Below, in pieces: positions 24,007-40,562 of a stretch of 58,837 nucleotides of DNA. The first letter of the stretch is position 1, and the number at the start of each line of letters is the position of its first letter. The stretch is taken from assembly GCA_001662655.1 (NCBI GenBank), contig KV460235.1, one strand, 5' to 3'. A program made the position numbers and the translations under genes. This stretch comes from Pseudogymnoascus verrucosus (lineage: Eukaryota). A model generated the notes under the pieces. It was not told the origin of the DNA. It searched no databases and worked only from the letters and a program-made list of their open reading frames with translations.

Positions 24007-25668
24007 GACTTTTGTTAGGGCGAGCTCATTCACAGATATCAATGTTTATGTGGGAGAAATTCGTGTATGGGTCAGCCCTGCATATATGCGCTGCAGTATA
24101 TTATTATATATAGATAGATAGACGACTTACTAAAATCTTAAATTAAGATAGCTATATATCCACACGTATATACACGCAATAAATTACCTGTCCCGCCGCT
24201 TAAACCTGCTACTGTAACCGCCAATAATTGCTGTGGGCCGGGATTGAGCGTGGACTGCCGTGTCTAATGACTGCTGCACTATGGATCTGACAGATCGCGG
24301 CCTTTCCTGCGACCGCCAAGGGTGGACGGGCTGTTGTGAGACCATATACATACTACCTCAGCTCCACCAGTTTGGACGGTTCGTTGGTAATGGAAGGAGA
24401 ACCAGGGGGGTTTGGCGGAGAATTACCTCCAGAATAATTATCCGGAGGCAATGTCTCACAAGAGGCTCTTGGAAGGTGCTCAAAATGTCTGTGGTGCATA
24501 TATAAAGTTAGTTTGTGGAGCTCTCAAGGAGCTGATAGATGATATCCCCGCGGAATGCAGGCAATAATTGGGCGTAGGTGTTATACACAAGGTACCGAGG
24601 CTCGTGCGTAAATCCACTGGGCGGTAAGTCAACGTATTTCATTCGGTAGTAATTTTCATTATGCACGCGTCAGTCTTGGAAATGGGTACTACCGATGCTT
24701 TATCGTATGATCCGTTGCAATAGATCAATCTCGATGGCACTTCTTGTGCACCCGCCAAGCCCAAACCCATGGCCAGCATCTATTGCGATCTATTAATGAA
24801 CTTCAGTGCAACAGCAAGCTGCAGTTGAAAGGAGGGTGACTGCATCACCACGACCAGCTGCGCGACCGGTGGATGGTGACTGGTCAATTAATTTTATACG
24901 GTAGCCTGTTAAGGTTAGCCAAGGTACTAGCTTACACCTCATCTGCCGAAGATCACACGAAAAACGTTGTGCATCTACGCTATACTACTTGTGGTTATAA
25001 TGATTACGGAATCGTGGATATGAAACCTCAATTATGGAATCAGAGTAGATCCTTTCTACGCAGTAGGCAATACAGTACTGGGATTCAGCCAACGGCGATG
25101 CAAGGCGGACCCAAGGAGGTTTCGCGCGGGATTTGATCCCTATCCGAGAAACGGCCCCGACCTATATTGGGAAGGCGCGGTGAAGGTAAGATAGTACGTA
25201 GCGCCGATGTAGCTTTCAGATGACAATGTCTCCGAGGAAGGTCTTACTGTGTTTTACGAGTACGTGCAGTAAAATCGACTGAAAAGGTACAGCGCGACCT
25301 GCATATATTTACCTTGGGTATACTAGAATGGCCAGGGGTTATATTCAACGAACGCTCGGTATAGTGGGCGATTCGACAACTTGCCCACTCTTCTTTTTCT
25401 GTTCGCCACAACCATTCTCCAATAAACTTGCTCGTATAAGCTCTGAATAATGTAGGTGGAGCCTGCCAAGTCAAGTCATGCGCGTGGGATTTGATTCTGA
25501 ACGGGGATTCTGACAGAGCTCTTACTTCTAGATCAATCACTGTACACAACTGTTAGGGTCCCATGTCCAAATCCACCTTACAAACATCTCTTTCATGACC
25601 CTACCTCCGTGCAACCAACGTCAGCTAATTATGGGCTAGCCAAGACGCTGCTGTTGCTACCTGGATGG

Positions 25669-25674
25669 TATAAA
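25669..25674 (+). promoter_or_regulatory. TATA box of katG2 (candidate)
   Basis: TATAAA ~95 nt upstream of the ATG. Confidence 0.45.
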
Positions 25675-25766
25675 TGGAAAGGGAAGCCACAAAAGCCAAG
25701 AAACTCAACCTTCGCCACTTGCAACGGCAATATACCACAAACTGATTGTTTTACTCGGTTGTCATA

Positions 25767-28560
<2,794 letters not shown>

Positions 28561-31039
28561 TTTGCGTAGAAGAATGAGGGCTGAACCAGAGTGTCAGAGA
28601 ATATGAGGCTATGAGTAATATAATTCTACAGGATTCAAAGGATCCTGGATATATAATTAAATATTGATTGAACTGAATTCACCGAGTCACTCTTGAGAAA
28701 AATAATTCGCTCCCCATCAATGTCCTCAAAAGCGCTAATGGCTCTGGGCTATCTCTTGATCCCTCCGGAGCATTCCAAGTGACTCCAGTTTTTGGAACTC
28801 GGCTCATGAGCATCAGAGCTTCAGACACTCGCATGTAGAATATGCCCCGAGATTTTATTGGTCATAAGAGCATGCGTCACTAACTGTCCTCGTCATCTCG
28901 ATGAACCAAGTATTTACAAATTTAAACCTGCGTTCATCGCCTCACCTTTTTTTTTTGACTATGTTACGCAAATCCCTCCTTTACTCAGCACAGGAATAAG
29001 TAATATCAGCTTGTGAGGGTATTCTAACATCAGCAATGGAGGCAGACATCTAGCATTAGCAATCCAGATCATCGTACTGTTACTCCATCTCATCTCCATA
29101 ACCAGACATGCCGCCGTTTAAATATTCTGTGCTTTTGCGCGAGATATTTATCGGTCAATCATTGCGTCGGTTTAGTTATGGTATGAGAGCCGGGCTTCCA
29201 TCCTTGCCGTTGGAATAAGCTGTCAGCTAGCCCCCTCCACTATTAATTGACCTACCGACGCCACGGGTGGTGGAAAGTGGGGGGTGCGGTATGGCAGGAA
29301 AGGTGTCTGCCGAAGTAGAATATGATTTCAATACATCTTCAACGGAACGTAGCTGGGATTGACGCCTAGTGTGCACAATTCTAGCACGTATATACCTGTT
29401 AGAAAATATAATGGGGTTTGAGAATAGTACGTAGAAGTTGAGAGTCACAGCCTCGGGAAGCTGGGCCGCAAAAATCTCGCCTGCTGAGGCTTGAACGTGG
29501 TTGGCTGCACTAAAACTGGATTGGCTATAGTTTTCGCTCATATGCTACAAAAATACCATTTGCTCGGGATTTTTAAAGGGTATCATGAATTGTCTGGGTT
29601 GAAAAGTCGGCGCGGTTGCGCTCGTACCTTTGACATGGCCGTTCTTTCTGTTTGTTGTGAAGGGTCGGTTCCTATGGTGGCTTTCAACCCTTCATGCCAC
29701 ACCTCAGCCATCCATGACTATCACCAAGAACGTACATTTTGGCTCAACTGCTTGTTATGGATGTCGCGCTCCAACCATCCAGTGTGAATATTACACACCG
29801 CGCGCTAGATCCGAGCCTAGCAGCAGCCAGAGGTTGGTAAAAAAATCATGTCCCTTTCGCCTACATTCTCGACACAGCATATCATGGGGGACCAGGATTC
29901 TCAGTGTAGCCTGGCCTTCGTAGGGAAGTACAGATGACTCTTGTGTCACAATGCCCTGGTTGGTTACAGTGAGGCTCTCGGAACAATTCACTGCCCGGTT
30001 TAGCGCTATGAATTGTCGACGACGGCACAAGTGACCCCCCGTCTACTTCCGTATTAGACCCCAAATACGAATAATCGTTTTCCGTCCGTAAATCTCGGTG
30101 TGTTCTTCAACCGAGGAGTAAGCTGGAGGAGAAATGCCTCGCGGGGGAGAGAGATTAGCCATCGCCTCAAGCTATCGAAAGCTGCTATGGCTATATCAAA
30201 TTACCAATCACTCAACCGCCCCTCTGTCTGCCTATGGAGGAGTCGCATCCACCAGAGTATCACGTACCCAACCATATCTCACAATTTTGGATTCTATATC
30301 ACGTGTAGGCAATGCTTTCTGCTTTGAATCGGCCCGGTTCCGGGTCCAGATCTCGGCGGATATTTGACCCCATGGCTTGCATCGAGTATGACTGACAATT
30401 CATACGCTTTACCTATAAACCCCACTCTGGATGACCTACACGGCAATTGCAGAGTGACATGGCGCCAACGCCACATACATTTCAGAGCACAAGTTCTTGT
30501 TTGGCAGTGGTTCAATTCAGGCTGAATGCTGTCGGTCCACCGGTACTGTTTAGGCTATTAGCTGAGCCGAGCGAAACGGGTTTACTAAACGGGTGATCAT
30601 GGCCAAGCTGCGGTAGGCTTGCTTTTAGCACCCCGCCATTGAAGCCACCCACAACAGGTTCCCCGCATATACCCTAGCTAGCTCTTGGAGCTCTTCTGCC
30701 AAAACCAACATTTTCGGGCCACATGTGGATTATTAGCTATGCTCTGGGGTAATGAAGCTTCTCCTGATATGAAATGATATTACTTGCTCCGGCAGCAATG
30801 ATTGTCTACTCCCACCAGGTTCATCTGCATTAGCCGTCGGGTTATTTGGTGGATATCGCTTGCGACGCTTTTCGTATTTTATCATTTGCATCCTCCCGCA
30901 CCTGCTCCTTTCATTCCTTCTCAATCCCGCCTCTAGAACTTCTGCATCTAGAATCTGCCCTTTAAGAGCTTTCTGGTTTCTAGTTTTAATCGAACTTCGG
31001 AATATCTCAATCATAGGTCTTCTGTAACTTGTTGTCAAG

Positions 31040-33150
31040 ATGGTTTCAGGCGGTGGTGCCGCGGTTTACGATGTCGCACTCAAGCGGCGTGAAGCCCTCA
31101 TGGGCAGCAGTGGACCTCTCGCAATTGTCAAGAACTTCAAGGTGTTTACCATAGCTCTGTTCGCTTGTATTGGAGGACTCTTGTACGGTTACAACCAGGG
31201 CGTTTTCTCTGGAGTGCTGGCCATGTCGAATTTCAAACAGCGTAAGTCAATGTCGGCCACGGCGAATCGACAAAGCAAGCTGACGAGGTACAGACATGGG
31301 CGAGTACGATAACGACCTCGAGAAAGATGCATCAAAGAAGGGATGGTTGACTTCAATTCTCGAACTTGGAGCCTGGCTCGGCACTCTGCTAAGTGGTCAG
31401 TCCATATCGCGAGGTCGGATTACAACCATTAGCTAATCAATCCCAGGTTTTATCGCGGAATCGCTCTCAAGAAAATATAGTATTATCGTTGCAACCACTG
31501 TTTTCATTCTCGGCGTAATCATTCAAGCCACAGCCGTTACTGCCGGCCACAACTCGATTCTGGCTGGCCGATTCATCACGTAAGTAGCGTCCTATCGTTA
31601 TTTATGCAGCCAGAGTTATTCATCGAAATCTAACAAGCTTCTTAGTGGAATGGGTGTTGGATCCCTATCCATGATTGTTCCCATGTACAACGCCGAGGTT
31701 GCGCCTCCCGAAGTGCGCGGCTCGCTCATCGCACTGCAACAGCTCGCCATCTGCTTTGGCATCATGATATCGTTCTGGATCGACTACGGCACAAATTTTA
31801 TGGGCGGAACTGGCGAATCCCAGTCGAAGGGCGCATGGCTCACACCTATCTGTTTGCAGCTTTTCCCAGCGATCGTACTCTTGGTCGGAATGGCTTTCAT
31901 GCCGTTCTCTCCGCGTTGGTTGATCCACCACAACCGCGAGGACGAGGCTAGGACCGTCCTCGCCAGTCTCCGTGGCCTCGAGGAAGATCATGAGCTGGTT
32001 GAGATTGAGTTCTTAGAAATCAAGGCGCAGAGTTTGTTCGAGAAGCGCACTACCGCAGAGCATTTCCCTCACCTGCGGGAGCTGACACCTATGAACACTT
32101 TCAAGCTGCAATTTGTGGCAATCGGGTCTCTCTTCAAGACCAAGGCCATGTTCAAGCGTGTCATCGTTGCGACAGTTACCATGTAAGTTATGCTCCCTCT
32201 TGGCGTGTTTCTGGCGTGTGAATTGGTTGGGTTTCTGTATTTGTAAAGTTTTGCCTCCACAGTCAGAACCAATCGTCGATATACCCAGCCGTACCCGCGT
32301 CACCACTTTCAGAGCAAACACTAATGTTTCTCAATAGGTTCTTCCAACAGTGGACTGGTATCAATGCAATCCTCTACTACGCGCCCACCATTTTCAAAGA
32401 CCTTGGACTCACCAGTGTCACTGTTTCGCTCCTCGCAACCGGCGTTGTCGGCATCGTCATGTTCATCGCCACCATCCCTTCAGTCCTCTACATAGACCGC
32501 GTCGGCCGTAAGCCCGTCCTTACTATCGGTGCCATCGGCATGGCAACCTGCCACATCATCATCGCCGCTATCGTCGCCACTTACCGCGATTCCTGGGAGA
32601 CGCACAAGGCCGCCGGCTGGGCTGCTGTTGCCATGGTCTGGTATGCATCCCCCTACTTCTCTAAACGCATTTAGGCAAAGCAAGCTAACAACATACTAGG
32701 TTGTTCGTAATTCATTTCGGGTACTCATGGGGCCCCTGTGCCTGGATCATCGTCGCTGAGATCTGGCCGCTCTCTAATCGCCCATATGGTATTGCGCTTG
32801 GAGCGTCGAGCAATTGGATGAATAACTTCATCGTCGGACAGGTGACTCCCAGCATGCTCTCCAGCATCTCATACGGGACGTACATCCTCTTCGGCCTTCT
32901 GACATACATCGGCGCTGCGTTCATCTGGTTTTACGTCCCGGAGACGAAGCGACTGACCCTCGAGGAAATGGACGTCATCTTCGGCTCACCAGGCACGGCC
33001 CAGGCGGATAATGAGCGTATCGAGGAGATTAATCGTGAGATTGGCTTGGACCGTATTTTGAGGGAGAGCGGGAGTCCGGCGGAGAATATTAGCGACGAGA
33101 AGCTCCATGAGGCGAGTGGAGATAGTGCTGTAAGGGAGAAGGCTGCTTGA
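31040..33150 (+). CDS. MFS sugar porter (high-affinity monosaccharide/polyol transporter-like)
   Basis: GGLLYGYNQGVFSG, PMYNAEVAPPEVRG, PFSPRWL, FFQQWTGINAILYYAP, DRVGRK, SWGP, VPETKRLTLEEMD; five introns. Confidence 0.93.
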
Positions 33151-34298
33151 GGTGGGAGAAAGGGGCTGATATCTTGGCATGTTGGGGCCATGTTTTATAC
33201 TTCTATTAAGTACAATCAAATTGAATTCGCAGTCTCTTTGAGAAGTTTCAACACTAGAAAAATATTATTCCCGTCTCTATGGATTATAAGAAGTACTGCA
33301 TAGTAGCAGCCAACTTTCTCAAGGTTGTTAGTGCTTTGTTTTTAAAGTAGTCAATGAAGTGCTGTACAATTTAAAGGCCACTCGCAAAATAATGGCTGTT
33401 GGTTTGCAGCTAGGAAATGAGACTGTTTGTTGTCCTGAACAGACAGGAACCCCTATGCCCTTACATCTTATTTCGCCCAAGACTTACGTTTAAGATATGC
33501 AAACTTAACCTATCAGCACCAGATGATAATATATTATTAATTGATGTGTGTATTGTTCTGTTTAGAAAGTAGCTACCTGAAATTATAGTAAAGTTTCCAT
33601 TTCACCTACTACCCTGTTGCTCTACTACTTCTTCCTACAGGTTTATCTTGTTTGTGCTACTTTTTTTCTCATAATCCTTAACTGCCTACGCTCTTTAAAC
33701 TTTAGCTTTTGCTCTAACTTCTTTCTGCTTTAGGACTCGCTACTAGTACCAGCTCTTTTGTGCTATGCAAGTTGAACATCCTCCCGCTTTCTTCGACCTG
33801 AACAGATTAGCATCTAATTAGGCATGCATGACTAGGTATTGTCCACCTTATTTTCTCCTCTACTTTTCCTTAGATGCCTTGGAAACGACCGAGTATATAT
33901 CTAGACAAATATGCACTTAACGAACAAAGTCTAAAATCGATTGACCTGCTATTAGAGTAGCCTAATGCTTCATGGGATGTCGAATGCACCACAGCTCCTC
34001 CGAGTTGTCAGAGTATTTGCGAACAATCAGTGTATCTCGGCACAATCCGAATACCATCACAAGTCTACCCATGATTATCCGTCTAGCTCTAGATGATCTC
34101 TGTCCCGTCCAAATTCCTCTTCAAACCCTCCGGGTTGATCTTTCACTGTGCACTTCTATATAATACCGAGTCACTAATGGCGATGGAATGAAGCATCTCG
34201 CTGAGCAGAGAGCGATTATTTTTCAGCTTGATTATCAGCGGAGTGAAAATCATGAATTTTGAATACAATTTACCTTATGTGACACTATATAATTGTAT

Positions 34299-36090
34299 TC
34301 AAATGTCGTTGTGGAACTTCGGGGGAGTCTGCCATGAACTACTTCTCCACTTTTCACCATAGAATTTCAACGCAAACATTGGAATAAGTAGCAATGCATT
34401 GATCAGCGCAAAGACGAGCCAAGCGTACTGATACTTAATTGCACTACCAAGTGGAATGCTATTTTAAAAGTAAGCATGGTAAAAAGGCATATATTGGTTA
34501 AAATACGTACGCGTAAAAGGATATAACCATAGAGAACACCGATCGAAAGACATTAAGAAGGCTCGAGATTTCAGGACTTTGAGATTTGTAGCACTATTTT
34601 GTTAGCCACTAAAAGACAGAGTGATGCGAATACTCACATCCGTGCAATATGTGTAAATAACCGTTGTGGCAACCTGAAGTCCCAAACAAGCCAAACCCAT
34701 CCCAAACGCCGAGCCAACCCAAGATGAATTCTTGAACTGAGACAGACACACTCCCTCAACCACAATCCCAATAGGAATCAGAAGTGCAAACCAAATTGCA
34801 TCCAACCTCACCTCGGGCTTCCGATGCCCATCATTCTTCTTTGCATACCTATTCGCCATCCAATCAACCAACCACCCGGCATTCGCCTCCCCAATCAGGC
34901 AGCCTATCAGCAACGGAATGGAGAGCATCAGCCCTGTTTGTGCGACGTCGAAGTTGTAAAACTCCGAAAACAGGTGAGACCCAGTAACCGCGAAGAGGAC
35001 GCTCCCGTATCCAAAGCAAGTCATGTAGTAGAGGCCAGGAATCACGATCGAGACGTATTTTAGCATGTAGAGCGAGCGTCCGAAGTCCGCGAGATGCAAC
35101 TTCCGGCCCGGGAGCACGCTGCGTTTGAAGAGGAGGAGGTCGAGGTATGAGTGTTCGCGGTGGGTGGCGATGTTGACGGTTTTGCGGGAGTAGATCGTTT
35201 CAGGGAGGCAAAAGAGGGTGATCACGAATGTAGCGAGCTGGATGTAATCCTAGTAATTCTCAGTCTTGGGAGCTTTTTAAATATGGGATCTGATGGGAGG
35301 TTTTTGCTAACAGGAATAGTGAAGCACCATCTCCAGCTCAAGTTCTGTGCAATAAATCCGCCGATGAGAGGCGCGAAGTGGGGTCCGTTGGTGAGGAAGA
35401 AGGTGAAAATGCCCATATAGAAGCCGCGCTCGTGGACGAAATACAAATCGCAAATTGTAGCCGCACCAATAGCCACGGAGGAGCCTGTACCAATACCATT
35501 GAAGACCCTCGTCACCAATAGTCCATTCCAGGTCGTGCAGTTACCGGCAATGACATTGGTCACGCCGGCAACGAGGTTTCCCAACAGATAGATGGGTCGG
35601 CGGCCATAAACGTTTGAAAAGGGCGTGATAAGGAGAGGTCCAACACCAGCAAAAACAATGAACACTGTGAGTTCGTACGAGGCCTGGACAATTGGTATCT
35701 TGAAGCTCTTCGCGAGGGGAACGAAAGCTGGGTTGACGACTGCAGAACCCATAGGCCCGAGTAAGGCTAGCCAGCTGACTTGGAGAGCCACCAGGAGTTT
35801 GAGCGCAGGTGACCAGTTCTAAGACCAATTAGTAATAGAAATTCGCAATCAGAAACTGGCGTGCACCGTCTTACAAGGGGATCATCTTTGAAGGCTGTAG
35901 GCTGCGGAACTAACTGCAAGCCATGTTTATCAAGTCTTAGGGTAGGGTTCTCTTTGCCTTGAAGCTCCTCCTCTTTGCTGACCTTCTCAATGTCAGTGGA
36001 GTCTTCAAGACCCACAGTAGTATCAGAGCTTTCATTGTGAACTGTCCGAGGGTTCCCCTCTGTTAGATCCATTACTGGCGATGCAGACAT
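34299..36090 (-). CDS. MFS transporter (DHA1-like, substrate unknown)
   Basis: LVPQPT..DDPL, YGRRPIYL, GAATICDLYFVHERG, WRWCF, LPETIY, KPEVRL; last exon ends ..QTPPKFHNDI* at 34299; about four introns. Confidence 0.88.
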
Positions 36091-36265
36091 TTGTTATTGT
36101 TCGATAATTATGCTCGCATTCGAACGTAGAGTCTCAAAAGCAATGAGACGCGAAGAGAAGAGTACATCCCTTCTGTAGGCCATATATATTAGTCTACCCT
36201 AGATCCAGACTCGATGAGTACCTTCAGGGTTCATGAGATTCCGGGGAGTTAAGAATTTGAGGTTC

Positions 36266-36291
36266 TCCCCGCTCCCCGCTCCCCGCTCCCC
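36266..36291. promoter_or_regulatory. (CTCCCCG)x3 array = tandem SYGGRG CreA/Mig1-like sites on the minus strand
   Basis: ctccccgctccccgctccccgctcccc in the divergent promoter. Confidence 0.45.
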
Positions 36292-36356
36292 ACAATTCGG
36301 TAGATTTAGGCTTTGCACAAGATCTTTGCGGCTTGACGAGGCGGAACTTGCAACCC

Positions 36357-36441
36357 CCACAGCGGGCCCCGGATGCCACAGCGGGCCCCGGACGCCACAG
36401 CGAACTCCGAACGCTACAGCGGACTCCGGATGCCGTAGCGG
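36357..36441. repeat. 19-bp tandem repeat x4.5 carrying CGG-N3-CCG motifs (candidate Zn2Cys6 sites)
   Basis: ccacagcgggccccggatg / ccacagcgggccccggacg / ccacagcgaactccgaacg / ctacagcggactccggatg / ccgtagcgg. Confidence 0.8.
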
Positions 36442-36549
36442 CGGGGGTATGGCCAAAGACTCTTGGAAACTAGAAGAGAGACAAAACTAAAGTCTGATAT
36501 TTTCCTTGCTGGCCGAACTTTGAATTCCAGTAAATATCTCTCCTTGAAG

Positions 36550-37935
36550 ATGGCTGAACAGCGAGAGCCATTCACTGTCGCCATCATCGGTGGCGGCATT
36601 GGCGGCCTCTTTGCTGCTCTCTCGGTCCACCACCACTGCGCCGCACTGGGAATCTCCATAAATGTCTACGAGCAAACTTCTGAATACAAAGAGATCGGGG
36701 CCGGGGTCGGGATAGGCATAAACGCAGCACAGCTCATCCACAAGCTTGGTCTTGGAGAAGCCGCGAACAAAATTGCAGGCGATAGAAATGGCGTCTGGCT
36801 GGCATTTAGGCGATCTGATAATGGAGCTGAGATTGTCACTGTGCCAGTCAATGATCGAGATGCGGTCAAGCAGCTTCCGATGCTGAGGTCAGAGTTTTTA
36901 GATCTGCTATTAGACTCGATAAGGGGGAGAAATGCTGCGACGCTACATACGAAAAAGAAGTGCACCCGGCTTGTGGTAAGCACAAGTCCCAATTCTCGCT
37001 CTAGGATATACACAGAACTAAAAGCTACTTATAGGACATTGGCGACAAAGTCCGCCTCGAGTTTGCTGATTCCACCAGCGCAACCGCGCACCTCGTCATC
37101 GGCGCAGACGGCATCCACTCCTCGGTACGCAGCCAATTCGCCTTCGACAACCCGCGCTACAGCGGCAAGATTGTCTACCGCGGCCTTGTGAGCATCGAAG
37201 ATCTCCAGCCTTGGTGGCACCTATCTACATATGCCGTAAGCTGGGTAGGAAAAGACAAGCATCTACTCGTCTTCCCGATCAGCGACAACAAGCTGCTAAA
37301 TGTAGTTGCGTTTGTGAGTGTCGAAGAGGGCAAGTTGGGCGACTTTCAAGAGAGTTGGGTCGCAGTAGGGAATAAGGAGGAGGTCGTGAGTAGTTTTCAA
37401 GAGTTTGAGCCGCATGCGAGAAGGATATTGGATCTGATGTCTAAGAGGCCAAGTAAATGGGTTGTGAACGAAAGGGAGCCGTTGGAGCAGTGGATTTACT
37501 TAAATGGGAAGGTTGCGCTTCTGGGTGATTCGGCTCATGCTATGTCGCCTCATCAGGGTGAGAATTAAGCCGCCTGTCTCCATACCCCTATATATTCAGC
37601 TAACTTTGATATCAGGAGCTGGAGCTGGCCAGGCGATTGAGGATGGATACATTCTCGGAAAAGCTCTTCAGGACTACTTAAAGTCCCAATCAGGTGACCT
37701 TGGTAAATGGATGCAAGCATATCAGACACTGCGTCTTCCTCAAGCTCAGAGGGCGCAGCGAACCTCCCGGGAGGCAGGCGAAGTATATGAGCTGCAAGGA
37801 GAGGGCCTAAGGGGCAAGACGTTTGATGAGTGTATGCCTGAGCTGCGGAATAGACTCAAAGACCGAATGAATTGGGTCTGGCTTGAAGACATTGATGTTA
37901 TGTATGAAAAAATCGCAACAGAGATGAGGGGTTAA
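36550..37935 (+). CDS. FAD-dependent monooxygenase, salicylate hydroxylase-like (group A)
   Basis: VAIIGGGIGG, EIGAGVGIG, IGADGIHS, LLGDSAHAMSPHQG|AGAGQAIEDG; introns ~36976-37033 and ~37558-37615. Confidence 0.92.
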
Positions 37936-38552
37936 TAGAGAATAGAGAAAGAGATGTTTGCAGAGTATGAAACTATATACAATAAATAGATACCGAGAAT
38001 CGAAACTTCGGGCCTTCTTAGATCTAAAACTTACCGTTTCGCTTCGTATCGTAACTGCTCGGCATACCTTGGTGTAGATGAAGTTATCTTGCTCTATACA
38101 AACACCCGGAAGTCCGTCTACCTTGCGACAGGAAACCTTACATTTACGCGACTTGATGTCCCATCCCGCAAATGTTGGGATAGGACGGCAATCGACGTCG
38201 TACAATTGCCGATAATAATCAGCTCCGTTGTTTTGGAGCAATAGTAGGCCGTTCCCTGGAAAGATGGTAGATTTGCTACCCTTCCCCATATGCACGCGAC
38301 GTCAATTACCCCACATACTTTACCCCGTATGCCCGCGTCAACTTGCGTTAACTCCCCAGCTTCCGGAGGTGGATATTGCAGCCTGACAGCGGGGATCCCA
38401 AACGATTATTTGAACAGAGGCCAAGGTCCAAAACCAACAATCAAAGCAGACTGCCTTGTTGCATATATTCATTTCAAGTTGTGCAGCTTGTGTCTCTATT
38501 TTTTAAAGATCAATCCCTCGTCGGCTTCAAAGCCACCACCAACACCGCCACA

Positions 38553-39766
38553 ATGCTCGGCAAAATTGCCCTCGAAGAATGCTGGACCATCCCTGAAGAG
38601 CTCGAAAACAACAATCCCTCCAGATTCGTCCCCGCTGGTACCGGTGACCGCCTGACGAACGAGCTCATGGACATCCATTCACACCGTCTGCGACAAATGG
38701 ACGAGAACGGTGTGGACTTCATGGTCCTGTCGTTCAGCTCTGCTGGTTGCCAGGGCCTTGCCGACAAGGCGACGGCGGAAGCGCAAGCTACACTCGCGAA
38801 TGATCGTCTAGAGGCCGAAGTTATGAAAAACCCGGTGCGATTTGCGGCTTTTGCGGCCCTGAGCATGCACGATCCAAAACAGGCGGCGGAGGAGTTGACG
38901 AGATGTATGACACAGAAGAAGGGGTTTGTGGGGGCTCTGCTGAATGATTTCCAGTCAGCAGGGCCAGATGGGAATACGATGTTGTTTTATGACATGAAGG
39001 AATATGATGTATTCTGGAAGGCGGCTAATGATTTGAAAGCCCCTGTGTATCTGCACCCAAGGTTACCGACCCCTCTGATCCACGAGCAGATGTGGAAGGA
39101 TAGGCCATGGTTGAACTTTTCGGCACTGGGATATGCGGATAGGTTGAATATGCATGCTTTGGGTATTATTACCAATGGTGTCTTGGATCGCTTTCCAGAC
39201 GTGAAAATTTTGTTGGGGCACATGGGGGAACATATGTGAGTCCGCGATCAGGTCGCGAGGCCTGGTTTAATTTCCGTGATACGTACAGCAGTTGCTGATA
39301 TTAGAAAAGTCCGTACGACTTGTACCGCATCGACCACAAGCTCGACCGTGAGCGCTTCCCAGACTTGCCTATGGCGCGGGACAAATTAGTACGTGATTAC
39401 TTCGGCTCTCAAGTATTCATCACCACATCGGGCCACTTCTCCACTCCGGCTCTGCTCTGTGCCATGGCAGAGATTGGTGTCCGAAGCGTCATGTTTTCTA
39501 TAGACTATCCATTCGAGAGCATCCCAAATGGCTGCGCATGGTTTGATGAGCACGTGCAGGCAACGATTAACCAGCACGACTTGGTGGATATTGGGCGAAA
39601 TAATGCTTTGAAGGTGTTACCGAAACTGATGGAAGCGCCGCATAACTTGAAGCCAATGACGCCCAGTGAGGCGCAGGTTGGCGGGTTGCGGGATGGAAAA
39701 GTTACGTATGGGATGTACAATGAGCATTGGAGTAAGAGGCTGGTGAAGATGGAGCCTGCGAATTAG
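38553..39766 (+). CDS. Amidohydrolase-family non-oxidative aromatic acid decarboxylase (2,3-dihydroxybenzoate / gamma-resorcylate decarboxylase-like)
   Basis: MLGKIALEE, FAAFAALSMHDP, GALLNDFQ, YLHPR, GHMGE, ITTSGHFST, FSIDYPFE, IGRNNA; intron ~39236-39309. Confidence 0.93.
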
Positions 39767-40562
39767 GATAGAAGCTCCGAAACTACTTTTAGGTTAGAGA
39801 TTTGCTTTGTTGCTTCAAAGATTTATGCTGCTACGCATTGGGAAGTGAACTTATTGCTAGGTATTCTAGATATAGACGCTTATGAAGACCAACGGAAATA
39901 TTTGACCTGGTGAAATTATGTAGTTTACGTTTCTTGTGAATTCAGAGAGTGTGAGAAGAAATATATATGAGAAGGAGGATTTCGAAGTGTGATCAGCGGA
40001 TCGGCGTCATTACTAGAAGCCGGACTTTCCGTGAGGAATACAGTGGTGTTTCACACCAAAACTGACAGGTTGCTCTACGGGATTGTCCAGCTCCACGGTT
40101 GCCTCGGGTTGGTCGGTGGCCTGCACTATTGGCAACCACCGTATTTAATCACAGGTGAACCGAGGAAAGCCCAGCTCAGTAGGAGTTTCGGGGTAGGCCC
40201 CGACCTCTACAAATACTACATGTAGGCCTGTAGAAATAGAGTAATAATTGAATTATTCTATTTATTCTATATACTGTATATACTGTGAGGCTTCTATTCC
40301 GGTGCGCCAAGAGAGGGATTATGGGAGCCAGATATTCTCACACGATTTTGGCTAGAGATCCCCACGCCCCAGAATTACCTCCAACAATTACATCCGATAA
40401 GCGTGGCCCACTAGTGCAGGAATGGGATGTGCGAGAGTGTGTGCGGGGAAGTTGTTTTCTAGGGACTGAACATTTTGAATTTGTACCCGTAAGACCTCTC
40501 CAACTTGTCAAGACGTTCAAGGCGACGACAGTAAGGGTGCGAGCACGCTCTGGTTCGCAACA

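Noticed and set aside
33250..34250. AT/TA-rich spacer as a transposon relic
   Set aside because: No terminal repeats or residual coding motifs recognisable
36357..36441. CRISPR-like appearance of the repeat array
   Set aside because: Contiguous tandem units without spacers, eukaryotic context, no cas genes
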